A DNA stretch of 64,000 bases, from positions 115,010,001-115,074,000 of the forward strand of contig OX597821.1 in NCBI GenBank assembly GCA_951406725.2, given 5' to 3'. The stretch's first letter is position 1, and each line of letters begins with the position of its first letter. This document shows, piece by piece, positions 12,890 through 25,369 of the stretch. The stretch comes from Octopus vulgaris (taxonomy: Eukaryota). A model generated the notes under the pieces. That model was not told where the DNA came from. It was given only the letters and a program-made list of their open reading frames with translations, and did not search any database. The translations under genes were made by a program, and so were the position numbers.

Positions 12890-13012
12890 TCAAAAATACC
12901 CTAGGAATGAGAACCCAGGTTAGAAATTTCCCCAAGACACCTGATGAAGGCTGGAGGGTATATTAAGCAAAACGTTGTGTTAACAACAAACAAGATGAGG
13001 ACAAATATCCAT
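12556..13012. mobile_element. family D head-to-head inverted dimer (tRNA-head SINE with HHR-like tail)
   Basis: Palindromic centre aaccactatgccatatgccca|tgggcatatggcatagtggtt (12779/12780). Right arm has A box TGGCATAGTGG, B box GAGTTCGATTCC, (AAT)n, then gacac-CTGATGA at 12936-12947. Left arm is the internally deleted mirror copy. Confidence 0.9.
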
Positions 13013-13155
13013 CACTTGCCCAAATAGGCACACCTGTGCCTATAATAGAAGACCCTTATTCAAATAGGCACATCTGTGACTATTTGGTCATGTGTTAACT
13101 TTTTAGTGTAATTGAGGAAGCTAAACTTAAAAAAAAAAAGCCTTGAATATAATTG

Positions 13156-13466
13156 CATCATCATCATCATCATCATCATCATCACAATCATCATCGCAAT
13201 CGTTATCATTGCTGTCATCAAGATTTTTATCATTACTATTCTCATTATATAATCCCTGCCATCGTTATCACTCTCCATCATTACTATCATCATCACCACC
13301 AGCATCAACACCACAATCACCACCACCATCACCGCCACCATCACCGCCACCATCACCATCATCATCACTGCCACTACTGCCACCAACACCGCCACCACCA
13401 CTACCACCACCACCACCACCACTATCACCATCACCACTACCATCATCATCACCACCACCACTATCA
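13156..13466. repeat. degenerate (CAT)n/(CAC)n microsatellite
   Basis: Trinucleotide low-complexity tract; produces spurious poly-His, poly-Pro and poly-Val ORFs. Confidence 0.95.
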
Positions 13467-13851
13467 GATTATCTTCCTTACCATTATTGTTTTCGCTGCC
13501 ATTATTAGTCTTGCTGTTATAATCCTTGTTATCCCCATTAATACCAAAAGGAATCTGCTTTTAATCGAAGAGTTAATAAAAGGTGCCAACAGTTTAATAA
13601 AGTCTGGTTCTGTTACTGAGGAATACATTATATTGAATATATAATCCCAAGATAATTCCTTCAAAGCCAACATAGAATTTTCTAGTATTAATTCCTCTCA
13701 TCATCTTTTAAATTCAACCATTTTGTGGCATGGTTTTTCAAAGATATCGGATGGTTGTATCTAAAACACACAGCAAATATTTGTGTAAATCATGATAAAT
13801 GTTATATTTTTCTCTCACTTTTTCAAATAAATAACTTAAAGAAAAAAACAG

Positions 13852-14010
13852 ACGTGGCTGTGTGGTAAGAAGCTGGCTTCCCAACCACATGGTTCCAGGT
13901 TCAGTCCCACTGTGTGGCACCTGGCGCAAATGTCTTCTACTATATCCTCAGACTGATTAAAGTTTTGTCAGTGGATTTGGTTGACGGAAACTGAAAGAAG
14001 CCTATCGTGT
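13852..14010 (+). mobile_element. tRNA-derived SINE family B (5' part)
   Basis: gtggctgtgtggtaagaagc...ggttccaggttcagtcccactg...ggatttggttgacggaaactgaaagaagcc. Confidence 0.85.
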
Positions 14011-14095
14011 GTGTGTGTATATATAGATATATATATATATATAGAAAAGGGGGTGGGGATTATCACTAATCTATTACTAATATATATATATTACA

Positions 14096-14286
14096 GGCAT
14101 ATGGCATAGTGGTTAAGAGCGCGGGCTACCAACCTTAAGATTCCGAGTTCGATTCCAGACAGTGACCTGAATAATAATAGTAGTAATAATAATAATAATA
14201 ATAATAACATCAAAAATACTTTAGGAATGAGAACCCAAGTTCGAAATTTCCCCAAGACACCTGATGAAGGCTGTATATATATCAGC
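14096..14286 (+). mobile_element. family D copy, complete tRNA-like head, truncated within the HHR by a family C copy
   Basis: ggcatatggcatagtggttaagagcgcgggctaccaaccttaagattccgagttcgattccagacagtgacc, then (AAT)n, then gacacCTGATGAaggctg at 14256-14273. Confidence 0.85.
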
Positions 14287-14700
14287 TTCGCCTTACTGAC
14301 ACTTGTGCCCTGTACTAGTAGGGTGCTAAGAGCACCATCTGAGCATGATCGTTGCCAGAGCGGCTAACTGGCTTCTGTGCTGGTGGCATGTAGGAGGCAC
14401 CATTCGAGTGGGATCGTTACCAGCATTGCCTTACTGGCACCTGTGCTGTTGGCATGTGTAAAAAAAAATTTGAGCGAGGTCGTTGCCAGTACCGCCCGAC
14501 TGGCTCTCGTGCTGGTGGCACGTAAAAGCACCCACTACACTCGCGGAGTGGTTGGCGTTAGGAAGGGTATCCAGCTGTAGAAACTCTGCCAGATCAAGAT
14601 TGAAGCCTGGTGCAGCCATTTGGTTCACCAGCCCACAGTCAAACTGTCCAACCCATGCTAGCATGGAAAGCGGACATTAAACGATGATGATGATGATGAT
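14287..14700 (+). mobile_element. SINE-like family C copy with (GAT)n tail
   Basis: Tandem units and conserved tail, as in 8365-8912. Confidence 0.9.
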
Positions 14701-15613
14701 CTCCATTCCATCAGTGTTCTGCTTGTTATAATGAAAAATAGCTCCGACAAAAGTAGCATTGATTTTCTTAGGTCATTCAATTTTTTATCAATAGACCAAT
14801 TGAGTAAACCTATCAGTAATGAACCTATAATGACTACTGGAAACAGCTGTAAGCCAAATTTACTCCAATAATGGCAAAGTATGAAATGACCGTTATTTTA
14901 AACTTTTTTTTATATATATCTCATCATCATCATCATCATCCAGTATTTTAAATATGGGTTTTGTCCCCGTTAACTGGGGGTGGCTGGATTTATCTCAGTG
15001 CCATAGCAACCACCTTCACACCATCTTGCCATCTTGCCCAGTTTTGGGCGTCCTCCTTTTTCAAACCAACGCTCCCAATCTCCTCCTCCACTTGTCCCCT
15101 CCATCTTTTCCTCACTCTACCTCGCTTTTATGCTCCATTTACCTCAAAAGCAATCACTTGTCCTGCCTTGGTTTTTGTTGTCCTTTTCTTTCTAAAATGA
15201 TATATATGTGTGTGTGTGTGTGTGTGTATATCTTTGTGTCTGTGCCCCCTCACCACCACTTTACAACTAGTGTTGGTGTGTTTACATCCCCATAACTTAG
15301 CAGTTTAGCAAAAAAGACTGATAGGATAAGTACCAAACTTAAAAAAGTAAGTACCAGGGTTCTTCAAGGTGGTGCTCCAGTATGATCACAGCTTAATGAC
15401 TTAAACAAGTAAAAAAAAAATTAATTATAGCAATGATTAATTAATTAAATGTCAAGATGGATGAAGATGCAGGTAATTATTACCAAATTGGAATATTTTA
15501 TCAGAACTAAATTTTTTTCATTAATTAATATTTAAATTCTGTTTAGTTATACCTGTGGTCCTAGTTTTTGAGCAGAATTAGCAATAAATAAATATTATTA
15601 CTAATATATATAC

Positions 15614-15854
15614 ATGCATTATTTATCATTCAACGGATATTTGTCCTCATCTTGTTTGTTGTTAACACAACATTTTGGCCGATATACCCTCCAGCCTTCA
15701 TCAGGTGTCTTGGGGAAATTTCGAACCTGGATTCTCATTCCTAAGGTATTTTCAATGTTATTATTATTACTATTATTATTCAGGTCACTGTCTGGAATCG
15801 AACTCGGAATCTTGGGGTTGGTAGCCCATGCTCTTAACCACTATGCCATATGCC
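15614..15854 (-). mobile_element. family D near-full-length copy
   Basis: Reverse complement has the tRNA-like head, (AAT)n and a decayed HHR motif (15664-15709). Confidence 0.85.
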
Positions 15855-16159
15855 TGAATATATGTATATTAGTAATAGATTAGTGACAATCCCCACCCCA
15901 CTCCCTTATCTAGTATTCATTACATTCAACCCTCAACCCTTATCCAATTATTACCTTCTTATTCACTTAACACTTGACCTTTGTTCATTATATTCATCTC
16001 CTCACCCTCCTCCATCTCTCATTCTTGCAACCTTCACTCCATCTCACTCACAGTTCTGCACTCTCCTCACTTCCACCACACATCATCATCATCATCATTA
16101 CCTAACAGCCGTTTTCCATGCTGGCCATGCCAAATCAAACTGGAGCCTGGCACAACGTG

Positions 16160-16342
16160 CCAACCCACTCAAACTGTCCAATCCAGTCAAACCATCCAGC
16201 CCTGTCAAACCGTCCAACCCAATCAAGCCATCCAACCCAGTCAAGCCATTCAACCCACTCAAACTGTCCAGCCCAGTCAAACCGTCCAGCCCAGTCAAAC
16301 CGTCCAGCCCAGTCAAGCCATCCAACCCAGTCAAACTGTCAG
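16160..16342 (+). repeat. ~10 x 18-bp minisatellite (cagtcaaaccgtccaacc) amplified from the family C tail
   Basis: Unit matches the cagtcaaaccgtccaaccc segment found once in other family C copies. Confidence 0.9.
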
Positions 16343-17977
16343 CATGAACAATGGACGTAAGATGATGATGATAATATGTGTGTGTGTGTGTGTGTGTGTA
16401 TGTGTGTGTGTGCACACATATGTATGTATATGATAGGCTTCTTTCAGTTTCTGTCTACAAAACCAACTCACAAGGATTTGGTTGGCTTAGAGCTTTCCTA
16501 TAAGATATTACCCAAGGCACCACACAGTGGTACCATATAGTTAAGAAGCATACTTCTTACTACACAACCTTTGACATTTATTTTGGATCTTTCAACCAAC
16601 ACACACACACCCAAGTGTCTCAGCTAGGGTTGATCAAAATTATGCTCTGGTAGCACCACCCCTGGTAGCACTGTCCCCTTCAAAAATCTACAGCTACTTT
16701 GATGCAACCTCTACTACCCCCACAGCCAACATGATGACCTTCTGTCAATTCTTCCCTACTGCTTACTATCCCCTACTCTTTACTAGCCCCTACTGCCTAT
16801 AGGCCTCTGTAATGCCTAGCATGTTGTAGTCTCTGGAGAGGAAGGAGCCTGCAAACATTCTGCATCCTACCTCGAGGGATGGTTAATTTTTGTGAAAACA
16901 GCACCATATTGTGTTACATAACAGAATCTTTATTAAGTGTGCATATGGCTGAATGATCAATTATATAAACAAGTTTTAGCAGAGGGGAAATTGAATGGAG
17001 ACTCAATCACAAACTCTCATTAGCTTTAACCTAAAACAATATTCACAGCAAGCAGCAACGCAAAATATGTTTTGATACATAAAATGGATAGTCAAATGCA
17101 TTGTGAAATCATATTTAATTATTCTTGGTCACCTGTTCTTTTTTTCCTTTTTTTTTTTTAAAGCTGCATCACATTCTGTTATTCTGTTCATAATTGAATG
17201 ATTTTAATGTGTAAACACTTGATTGAGCAAGCATGTAATCAGCTATTCCTGGTCACAGGAGAATCAAAGAATGAAGAGTGGAATTCCATTTGTTTGTTAT
17301 AATAAACTCTCTCATTTCAGGTTCTAACATGAAACAGTTTGCGTAGCAAAAACTAAATATATTTACATAATCAAAATTCTGTTTTTTTTATATCTTATTG
17401 CACCAGCGTTATAATAGCATATTGAACAAAATATTTCATTGGTTCTGAGTCAATATCATCTCGTATATATCATAGCGTATCGTATTATTTTTTAATATCA
17501 GACAAGGTAGTAAATAGTTACAGCTGCTGTCTGCTCTGTCACAATTAAGAATCAATAGATATGCAGCTTGGTACTGATGGCTCTGATTCTATTACATAAT
17601 CAGATTATACATATGTATGTATGTACGTATATATATGTGTGTGTGTATGTATGTACATATATATATATGTGTGTGTGTGTATGTATGTACATATATATAT
17701 ATGTGTGTGTGTGTGTGTATGTGTGTGTGTGTATGTTTGTGTGTGTCTCATCATTATCATTTAATATCATAGGTTGGATAGTTTGACAGGAGCTGGCAAG
17801 CCAGAGAGCTGAATTGGGTTCCAGTTGTCTGTTTTGGCATGGTTGGATCGCCTTGCTAATGCCAACCTGTTTACAGAACATGGTGCCAGGGGCTTTTTAT
17901 GTGGCACCAGCACGAGTGTTCTTTTATGTGATACCAGCACCTGCAACCTTGCAAAAAGAAAGAAATATATGTATTAT

Positions 17978-18016
<39 letters not shown>

Positions 18017-18020
<4 letters not shown>

Positions 18021-18296
18021 CAGTTCTGTATTTAAGAGATGAGGAATTATGTACATTATTTACATTTGACGGATATTTGTCCTCATCTTGTTTATTGTTA
18101 ACACAATGTTTCAGCTGATATACCCTCCAGCCTTCATCAAGTGTCTTGGGGAAATTTCAAACTTGGGTTCTCATTCCTAAGGTATTTTTCGACATCGACG
18201 ACATCATCATCATCACCACCACCACCATCATCACCATCACCATCATCATCATTCAGGTCACTGCCTGGAATCGAACTCAGAATCTTAACCACTACG
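18017..18296 (-). mobile_element. family D copy abutting (TA)n at its 3' end
   Basis: Reverse complement gacacttgatgaaggctggagggtatatcagctgaaacattgtgtt...; linker converted to (GAT/GGT)n; partial tRNA head. Confidence 0.8.
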
Positions 18297-19224
18297 TCAT
18301 TGTCAACTTACGACCACAATTGGTTGACTGGTTGGAAATAAATGACATTGCTTGTTTGACAGTGATATTTATTTACTACATGATATGAAGACAAGGAAAC
18401 AGAAACACACGCACACACATACACACACGCTTGCAACAGACCCCTTTCAGTTTCTGTCAATCCACTCATAAAACTTTGGTCGGCCTGGGGCTATTTTCGG
18501 TGATTCTTGCTCAAGGTTCCACACAGTGAGACTGAACTCAAAACCATATGGTTGGGGAGCTAACTTCTTAACCACACAGCCATGCTTGCCCCTATAATCT
18601 TTAAAAGCTGTTGTAACAGAGAATGCAACCTGTTCAGGTGACTGGATTAATGCAGCTACTATCACCTGTGCTTTACCTATCACAGACCCTCATAATCCAG
18701 AAACTATGGAAGTGGCAGTATTTCACTATTGCAGATGTACATACTTGCCTAAACAAGACCAAGAGCCAAGGTCCATTGTCCACATCGCATGGGGGCTGGG
18801 TACACATTTCTTAGTTTCAGCATCTTTGCTGCGAAGGTGATAGATCCCGTGGTAAGGATAATCTATTATGACTGGTTCCTCTTCACAGCTGTACAATTGT
18901 TAGCACTGTTGGGCAAAATGCTTAGTAACATATCTTCCAACTCTTTACATTCTGTGATCAAACCCTGCAGACGTCAACTTTGTCTCTTGTCCTTTTGGGC
19001 ACAGATAGAATAGAGTATCAGCCAAGTACTGAGGTCAATAGTATAAACATTCAGTAGGAAAGATCTGAGAATAACTGGGACCATACTCAGGGATATACCA
19101 ATACACACACACATGCAAAACAAATATTAAGGTTAATTGACCAGATATTGTTATTAATGATCTCCAAGAAAAATGCTGCTTAATCAATGTATCAGTCCTA
19201 ACAGATGGTAATATAGCTCTGAAA

Positions 19225-19568
19225 GCTGGCTCCCGGCTGCCTGATTGGATCCCATGCTGGTGGCATGTAAAAAGCACCATTCGAGCATGGTCATTGCCAG
19301 TGCTGCCTCACTGGCTCCTGTGCCGGTGGCACATAAAAAGCACCATTCATGTGTGGTCGATGCCAGTACCACCTGTCTGGCCCTTGTGTTGGTGGCACGT
19401 AAAAAGCACCCACTACACTCTCAGAGTGGTTGGCATCCAACTGTAGAAACCTTGCCAGATCAGATTGGAGCCTAGCACAGCCTTCTAGCTTGCCAATCCT
19501 CAGTCAAACTGTCCAACCCATGCCAGCATGGAAAGTGGACATTAAACAATGACGATGATAATGATGAT
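19225..19568 (+). mobile_element. SINE-like family C copy
   Basis: Tandem units plus (GAT)n tail. Confidence 0.85.
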
Positions 19569-19717
19569 CGAAATACAAAGATCTAGGAACAGAGGTAACC
19601 CAAATGTAGTACTTGGAAATAGAAATAATCCCTATAATAATAGGTGACGGCAAGTGCACTCCACACATTCTATGTAATACACTTTCAACATAGTAATAAT
19701 AATAATAATATTAATAA

Positions 19718-20076
19718 TAACGAGCACTCAGAGAGCACAAACCTCTGCCAAGGTAACACCAACGTCCTCTCAACAATTTACTGGAGATGATTTTTAAAAT
19801 GAGAATATGGGAAATAAACTCAGCTGCTCTCACAAATACTAAAAATGAACATGACCGCTCTCAAAAATTAAGTAAAAAAAAACAGGAAAAATAATCTAGA
19901 ATCCTTCTCCGGTACTGGATAGATCCCAAAATCTAGTCAGTTCATGTTAGTCATGAGGCTAAACATCCCTGAAAGTTTCGTCCAAATCTATCTAGTGGTT
20001 CTTGAGATATCTTGTCCACAGACAAAGAAACACAACTGAAAACAATACTTCTGCCTTTGCTATGGAGGAGGTAATA
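19718..20076 (+). mobile_element. HINE/DINE-1-like (Helentron-associated) non-autonomous element
   Basis: Starts aacgagcactcagagagcacaaacctctgccaagg and ends aaaacaatacttctgcctttgctatggaggaggtaataa (subterminal inverted motif acctcYgcc / ggNggaggt with a 3' hairpin); sits in (TAA)n. Confidence 0.55.
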
Positions 20077-20097
20077 ATAATAATAATAATATTAAAG

Positions 20098-20312
20098 AGG
20101 GTGGTGAGCTGGTAGAATCATTAACATGCCAGGCAAAAGGCTTAGCAGCATTTTGCCCATCTCTACATTTTGAGTTCAAATACTGCTGAGGCTGACTTTG
20201 CCTTTCATCCTTCTTGGGGTCAATAAAATAAGTACCAGTTGAATACTGGGGTTGATGTAATCAACTTATCCCTCTCCTGGAAATTGCTGGCCTTGTGCCA
20301 AACCTTGAAACC
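20098..20312 (+). mobile_element. SINE family A copy
   Basis: ggtgagctggtagaatcattaac...gagttcaaat...gactttgcctttcatcc...aagtaccag. Confidence 0.85.
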
Positions 20313-21087
20313 AAAATAGTAAGAATAACAAAATACTTCACGTGTCCAAGGCGCAAAGAACTGCACTTGGTAAGTGCAGTAGAAGCACATCACAACAATA
20401 TGACTACTGGAAAATAATAATAATCAATTATAATGATGATGGTAATTAATTATAAGGATAATAATCAATTAATTGGAGTATTAACTAATTAGCCAGAGAT
20501 TAGAAATATGCAAATTACTCTTAAAATATTGTTTTATATTCCTTTTGGTGGTGGAGAACAACCAAACAATTATCAAGTTGAAGATTTAAAGATCTTTATA
20601 AGTGGAATAAGTGCAATGCCGATGTGTGTGTAACAAGGCTGGTTGCTATTGCTTAGTCCTAAGTCAGTCCTGGTTAAACAGACACAGTCAAAAGTATTCC
20701 AGCCATGACCATCCCAGTTTTTTAAGATTAAATTATACAGTGTGTCCTTCAATTTTTATTTTTGTAAAACCAGTTGAGTGTGATTTAAGGTAATTCAGTT
20801 GCTATGTCTAGCAGGTGTGGTAACTGCATAGAGGCTGGCTCCATTGGTTTACATACATAAATGCATGGTGTGTGTGTGTATGTGTTTGTCCTCCCTCCAC
20901 CACTGCTTGGCAACCTGTGCTGATGTGCTTACGTCCCCATTAACTAGCAAAAGGGACCGATAGAATAAGTACCAAGTTTTAAAAAGAGATATGTACCGGG
21001 GCAATTCATTCGACTAAAAATTTTTCAAGGCCGTGCTCCAGTATGGCTGCAGTATAAAGATTGAAACTAGTAAAAGATAAAAGATGC

Positions 21088-21478
21088 ATAGGAGTTGCTG
21101 TGTGGTAAGTACCTTGCTTACCAACCACATGGTTCCGGGTTCAGTCCTACTGCGTGGCACCTTGGGCAAATGTCTTTTACTATAGCCTTGGGCCGACCAA
21201 AGCCTTGTGAGTGGATTTGGTAGACGGAAACTGAAAGAAGCCTGTCATATATATGTATGTGTGTGTATATGTTTGTGTGTCTGTTTGAGCCCCAACATTG
21301 CTTGTCAACTGATCCTGGTGTGTTTATGTCCCCGTAACTTAGTGGTTCGGCAAAAGAGACAGATAGAAGAAGTACTAGGCTTATAAAGAATAAGTCCTGG
21401 GGTCGATTTGCTTGACTAACAGTGGTGCTCCAGCATGGCTGCAGTCAAATGACTGAAACAAGTAAAAGAGTAAAAGAG
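21088..21478 (+). mobile_element. SINE family B, full-length (tRNA-like head, CORE/V-like accttgggcaa domain, internal (TG)n)
   Basis: Full family B profile ending cagtcaaatgactgaaacaagtaaaagagtaaaagag. Confidence 0.9.
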
Positions 21479-21875
21479 TATGCGTGTGTGTTGGGAAGGA
21501 AACTCGTGGAATTCAGGGAAGGAAAACTGAAACAAAGAAGAATGGCACACAAAAGAAAAGTCTTAGAGTGAAAGGAGCCTGCAATTATGTGCAGTGTTTA
21601 ATACCGTTTTGGTAAAGCGTTGTGAAATTACTGCGAAAGATTCTTTATTTCATTTAATCATACAATTCACAGCTGCTATTTTACGAAAACAAAACAAAAA
21701 GGTTTATTTTTTTATTCTGAGGTTTTTTTTCTTTTGAATTCCAGCTTTCAAATAAAATGAATTCTTACAAATTATTCTCTTTAATTACAATCAATAATGG
21801 TAAATTTTCTTAATTCTATCTTACCTCTGAGATGTAGCACTGGGCATTTTAATTATTATTCTTTAATTTTTTTTT

Positions 21876-22255
21876 TTGTTTCAGTCATTAGACTGAGGCC
21901 ATACTGGAGCACTGTCTTGAAGAATTTCTAGTTGATTGAATCAACTCCATTACTTATTTATTTATTTATTTTAGAGCCTGGTACTTATTATGTTGGTCTC
22001 TTTTGCTAAACTGCTAAGTTATGCGGATGTAAACACACTAACACTAGTGGTCAAGCAGTGGTAGGGACAAATACACACACATACGCATACACACACATGA
22101 GAGGCTTCTTTCAGTTTCCATCTACCAAATCCATTCACAAGGCTTTGGTCAGTCTGAGGCTATAATAGAAGAAAACTCGTCCAAGGTGCCATGCAGTGGG
22201 ACTGTACCTGGAAACATGTGGTTGGGAAGCAAACTTTTCACCACATAGCCACGCA
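21876..22255 (-). mobile_element. SINE family B, full-length, inverted relative to 21088-21478
   Basis: Reverse complement of family B. Confidence 0.85.
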
Positions 22256-22276
22256 AGCACCATATTATTATTATTA

Positions 22277-22315
<39 letters not shown>

Positions 22316-22318
<3 letters not shown>

Positions 22319-22800
22319 GTTTGACTTTTGCTTTATATTTGTACAAGTTGGCTCCAAGTCTCACCCAGATACCTCAAGAGACAACAAGTTTGAAGTTTAT
22401 GTTGGTGTTATGCCTAGTGTGCCATATATTTGGTTTTGTACTTAGTGTTGTACTAGTGAATGTCTAAAATAAGTTTGTTTTAAAATTTGAGATTACATTG
22501 ACAGTATTTTATGCAGGATATGGGCAATTCCCATGAGCACTATCTTTTGAATTTCTGCCATTTTGGGGTTTTCCTGGTATCTGAGCCAGGTAGCAATCAG
22601 CCCCTTTTGCTATTATTCCTAGGGCACCTATGACAACAGGTATTATTTTAGTCTTCAGGTTCCACATTTTGCCAATTTCTATTTCAAGATTTTTACACTT
22701 GCTCAGTTTTTGGTAGGTCTTGATAGGTACCTTTATATTGATTGGAGGCATGATTTTTGTCTGAAGTATTTCAATATGAGGTCTGGCCTATTTGCATCTA
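22316..22800 (-). pseudogene. second 5'-truncated R4/Dong-like retrotransposon fragment
   Basis: ORF 22509-22751(-) contains KLSKCKNLEIEIGKMWNLKTKIIPVVIGALGII, homologous to the 9.9-10.1 kb fragment; (TTA)n on both sides. Confidence 0.8.
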
Positions 22801-22821
22801 ATTATTATTATTATTATTATT

Positions 22822-23825
22822 AAGGCAGTGAGCTAGCAGAATGGTTAGCATGCCAGGTGAAGGTCTTAGCAGTATTTCACCTGTCGTTACATTCTGAGTT
22901 CAAATTTCACTGAGATCGATTTTACCTTTCATCCCATTGGGGTTGATAAATTAGGTACCAGTGAGACACTGGGGTCAATGTAATTGACTATCCCCCTCCC
23001 CCAATTTCAGACCTTGTACTTATAATACAAAGGATTATTATTATTATTAAGGTGGGATGCTGGCAGAATTGTTAGCACGGTGGGCGAAATGCTTAGTGTT
23101 TTGTCCATGTTCTGAGTTCAAATTTTGCTGATGTTGACTTTACCTTTCATCCTGTTGAGGTTGATAAAATAAGTACCAGGTCAATGTGATCAACTGATCC
23201 TCTTCCCCTGCTGGCCTTGTGCTAAAAGTTGAAATTGTTATTTTCTGTTGTTTTTTTTTCTGAAAGATTTTAAAGGTTTTTCTATAAAACTATTCCTGTA
23301 ACTTGGAAATTGGTTTGTATGGTTCATTAGAGATCTGTTTATTTATTCAACAAACCAAGGGGTTACTGGTTCAAATGGTAATGTTTCTTTGTGTTGTCGT
23401 TGTTGTTGTAATGTTACATTCACCCTAAGGCAGCGAGCTGGCAGAAACGTTAGCACGCCGGGTGACACGCTTAGTGGTATTTCATCTGCCGCTACATTCT
23501 GAGTTCAAATTCCGCTGAGGTCGACTTTGCCTTTCATCCTTTCAGGTTCGATTAAATAAGTACCAGTTACGCACTGGGGTTGATATAATCGACTTAATCC
23601 ATTTGTCTGTCCTTGTTTGTCCCCTCTATGTTTAGCCCCTTGTGGGTAGTAAAGAAACAGGTATTTCGTCTGCCGCTACGTTCTGAGTTCAAATTCCACC
23701 AATGCTGACTTTGCCTTTCACTCTTTTGGGGGTTGATTAAGTACCAATTGCATACTGGGGTCGATCTAATCGACTGCCCCCCCCAAAAAAAAATCCAGAC
23801 CCTGTGCTTAGAGCAGAAAAGAATA
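22822..23825 (+). mobile_element. cluster of SINE family A copies (22822-23040, 23050-23235, dimer 23428-23825)
   Basis: Repeated aaggcagcgagctggcagaa heads and Meta-like domains. Confidence 0.85.
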
Positions 23826-23974
23826 TTGTATTCACTCTTCCATTCTTGCATGGGTCAAATGGAATTTGTTGAGGCTGGAGGTCGTTACAGGTTCACTCAC
23901 TCATTCACTGGGCTTCTTTCAGTTTCCATCTACCAAATTCACTCATATGGTTTTAGTAAAAGACACTTGGCTCT

Positions 23975-24280
23975 CTGTCACTTATGACAACGATCCATTT
24001 GATCCAGTCAACAGAACAGCCTGCTCATGAAATTAACATGCAAGTGGCTGAGTACTCCACGGACATACTTACCCTTAACGTAGTTCTCGGCATGATTCAG
24101 TGTAGTTTAGTATGTGACAAGACTGACCCTTTTGAAATACAGATACAATATATTTTCGCCACCTGAATGGACTGGAGCAACGTGAAATAAAGTGTCTTGC
24201 TCAAGGACACAACACGTTGCTGGGAATTGGACTTACAACCTTATGATCGTGTGTTAAATGCCCTAACCACTAAGCCACGT
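23975..24280 (-). mobile_element. tRNA-derived V-domain-like SINE
   Basis: Minus strand gtggcttagtggttagggca...gtaagtccaattcccagc...gttgtgtccttgagcaagacacttt; related copies at ~31380-31605 and ~49845-50140. Confidence 0.75.
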
Positions 24281-25369
24281 ACGTCCACGTGCTGTAGGAT
24301 TGAACCTCAAACCACATGGTTTGAAAGCAAGTTTCTTCACCACACAACCATGCCTGTATCCTGTGTAGTGAAAAGGAAAGGGGAAATGTGTATTAAAATG
24401 AAATATAATTTAATCTCTTTGGTTGCTTTGAGACGTAATTAAAGTGAATTAATCACAAAAGAGTAGGGAAGAGAGAGGGAAGAACGAGATATTATCTTCA
24501 TTAATTTCGATTTCTTTTTCTTTTTTTCTTTTTTTCTTTTTTTGTTAATTTGTTGGTTATTTTTTTTTTTTTCAAAGCATTAGAAATTAAATGAATCCTT
24601 TTAACAAAGGATGACTGTTATGGAGGTATCTTAGTCTGCAACGGTTTTGGTAACTTGACTCGAAATATTAAAAAGAAAAAAAATTGATTAATTGGTTGAA
24701 GAAATAATTGCAATTAAGGGTATTTATATTTTAAAAGTTTAGTGAGTGTCATGCATAAAATTTGATGAGAATCCTCACCATAATCTTCATCATCATCATC
24801 ATCGTTACAACCATTACCACCCCTTCACCAACAACACCACCACCATCATCACCATCATCATCATCATCATCACCATCATCACTTTCCATTTTCTACATTG
24901 GTATGAGTTAGACAAATCATCACGGTTCTTTTTTTCTTCTTTTTTTAATTACTGTCCTCTTAGACATGACTGAAGGACTCTACCTCACTCCTACATTTCA
25001 TATCGGTAGGTTTCTATAGCCATGTACCCTTCCTAAAGCTACCCACTTTACAGATTGTACTGGGTGTATTTTGTTTGGATATTAACACCAAACCAGTCTC
25101 CTTGTCCTCAACAGGACAAGCTTCAAGGGTCTCTTCATCTCTTTGAGGTCTTCACTCATTTGCCAACCAATTTACAGACCGTATTGAGTGGCACCATCAC
25201 CAGAGAGTTTGTATTTAGCCTGCAAGACAAAAGGGAAAGTTGAATTCATCAGTCTCAGTATTTGACTGGTATTTATCTTTATTATTCTCAAAAGGATGAA
25301 ATACGGTAAAGCATTTTGGCCAAAGCTCTAACAACCTTAATAACGATACTGTTAATAATAATAATGATA

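Noticed and set aside
13060-13644. Poly-His, poly-Pro and poly-Val ORFs (121-163 aa)
   Set aside because: Products of a (CAT/CAC)n microsatellite open in several frames; no splice or homology support
14096-14170. tRNA gene
   Set aside because: A and B boxes are present but there is no good acceptor stem, and it is always linked to the same downstream body, so it is a SINE head
15850-16433. Repeat-protein-like ORFs (PVKPSS, LTGLDG)
   Set aside because: 18-bp unit amplified from the family C SINE tail; open in multiple frames
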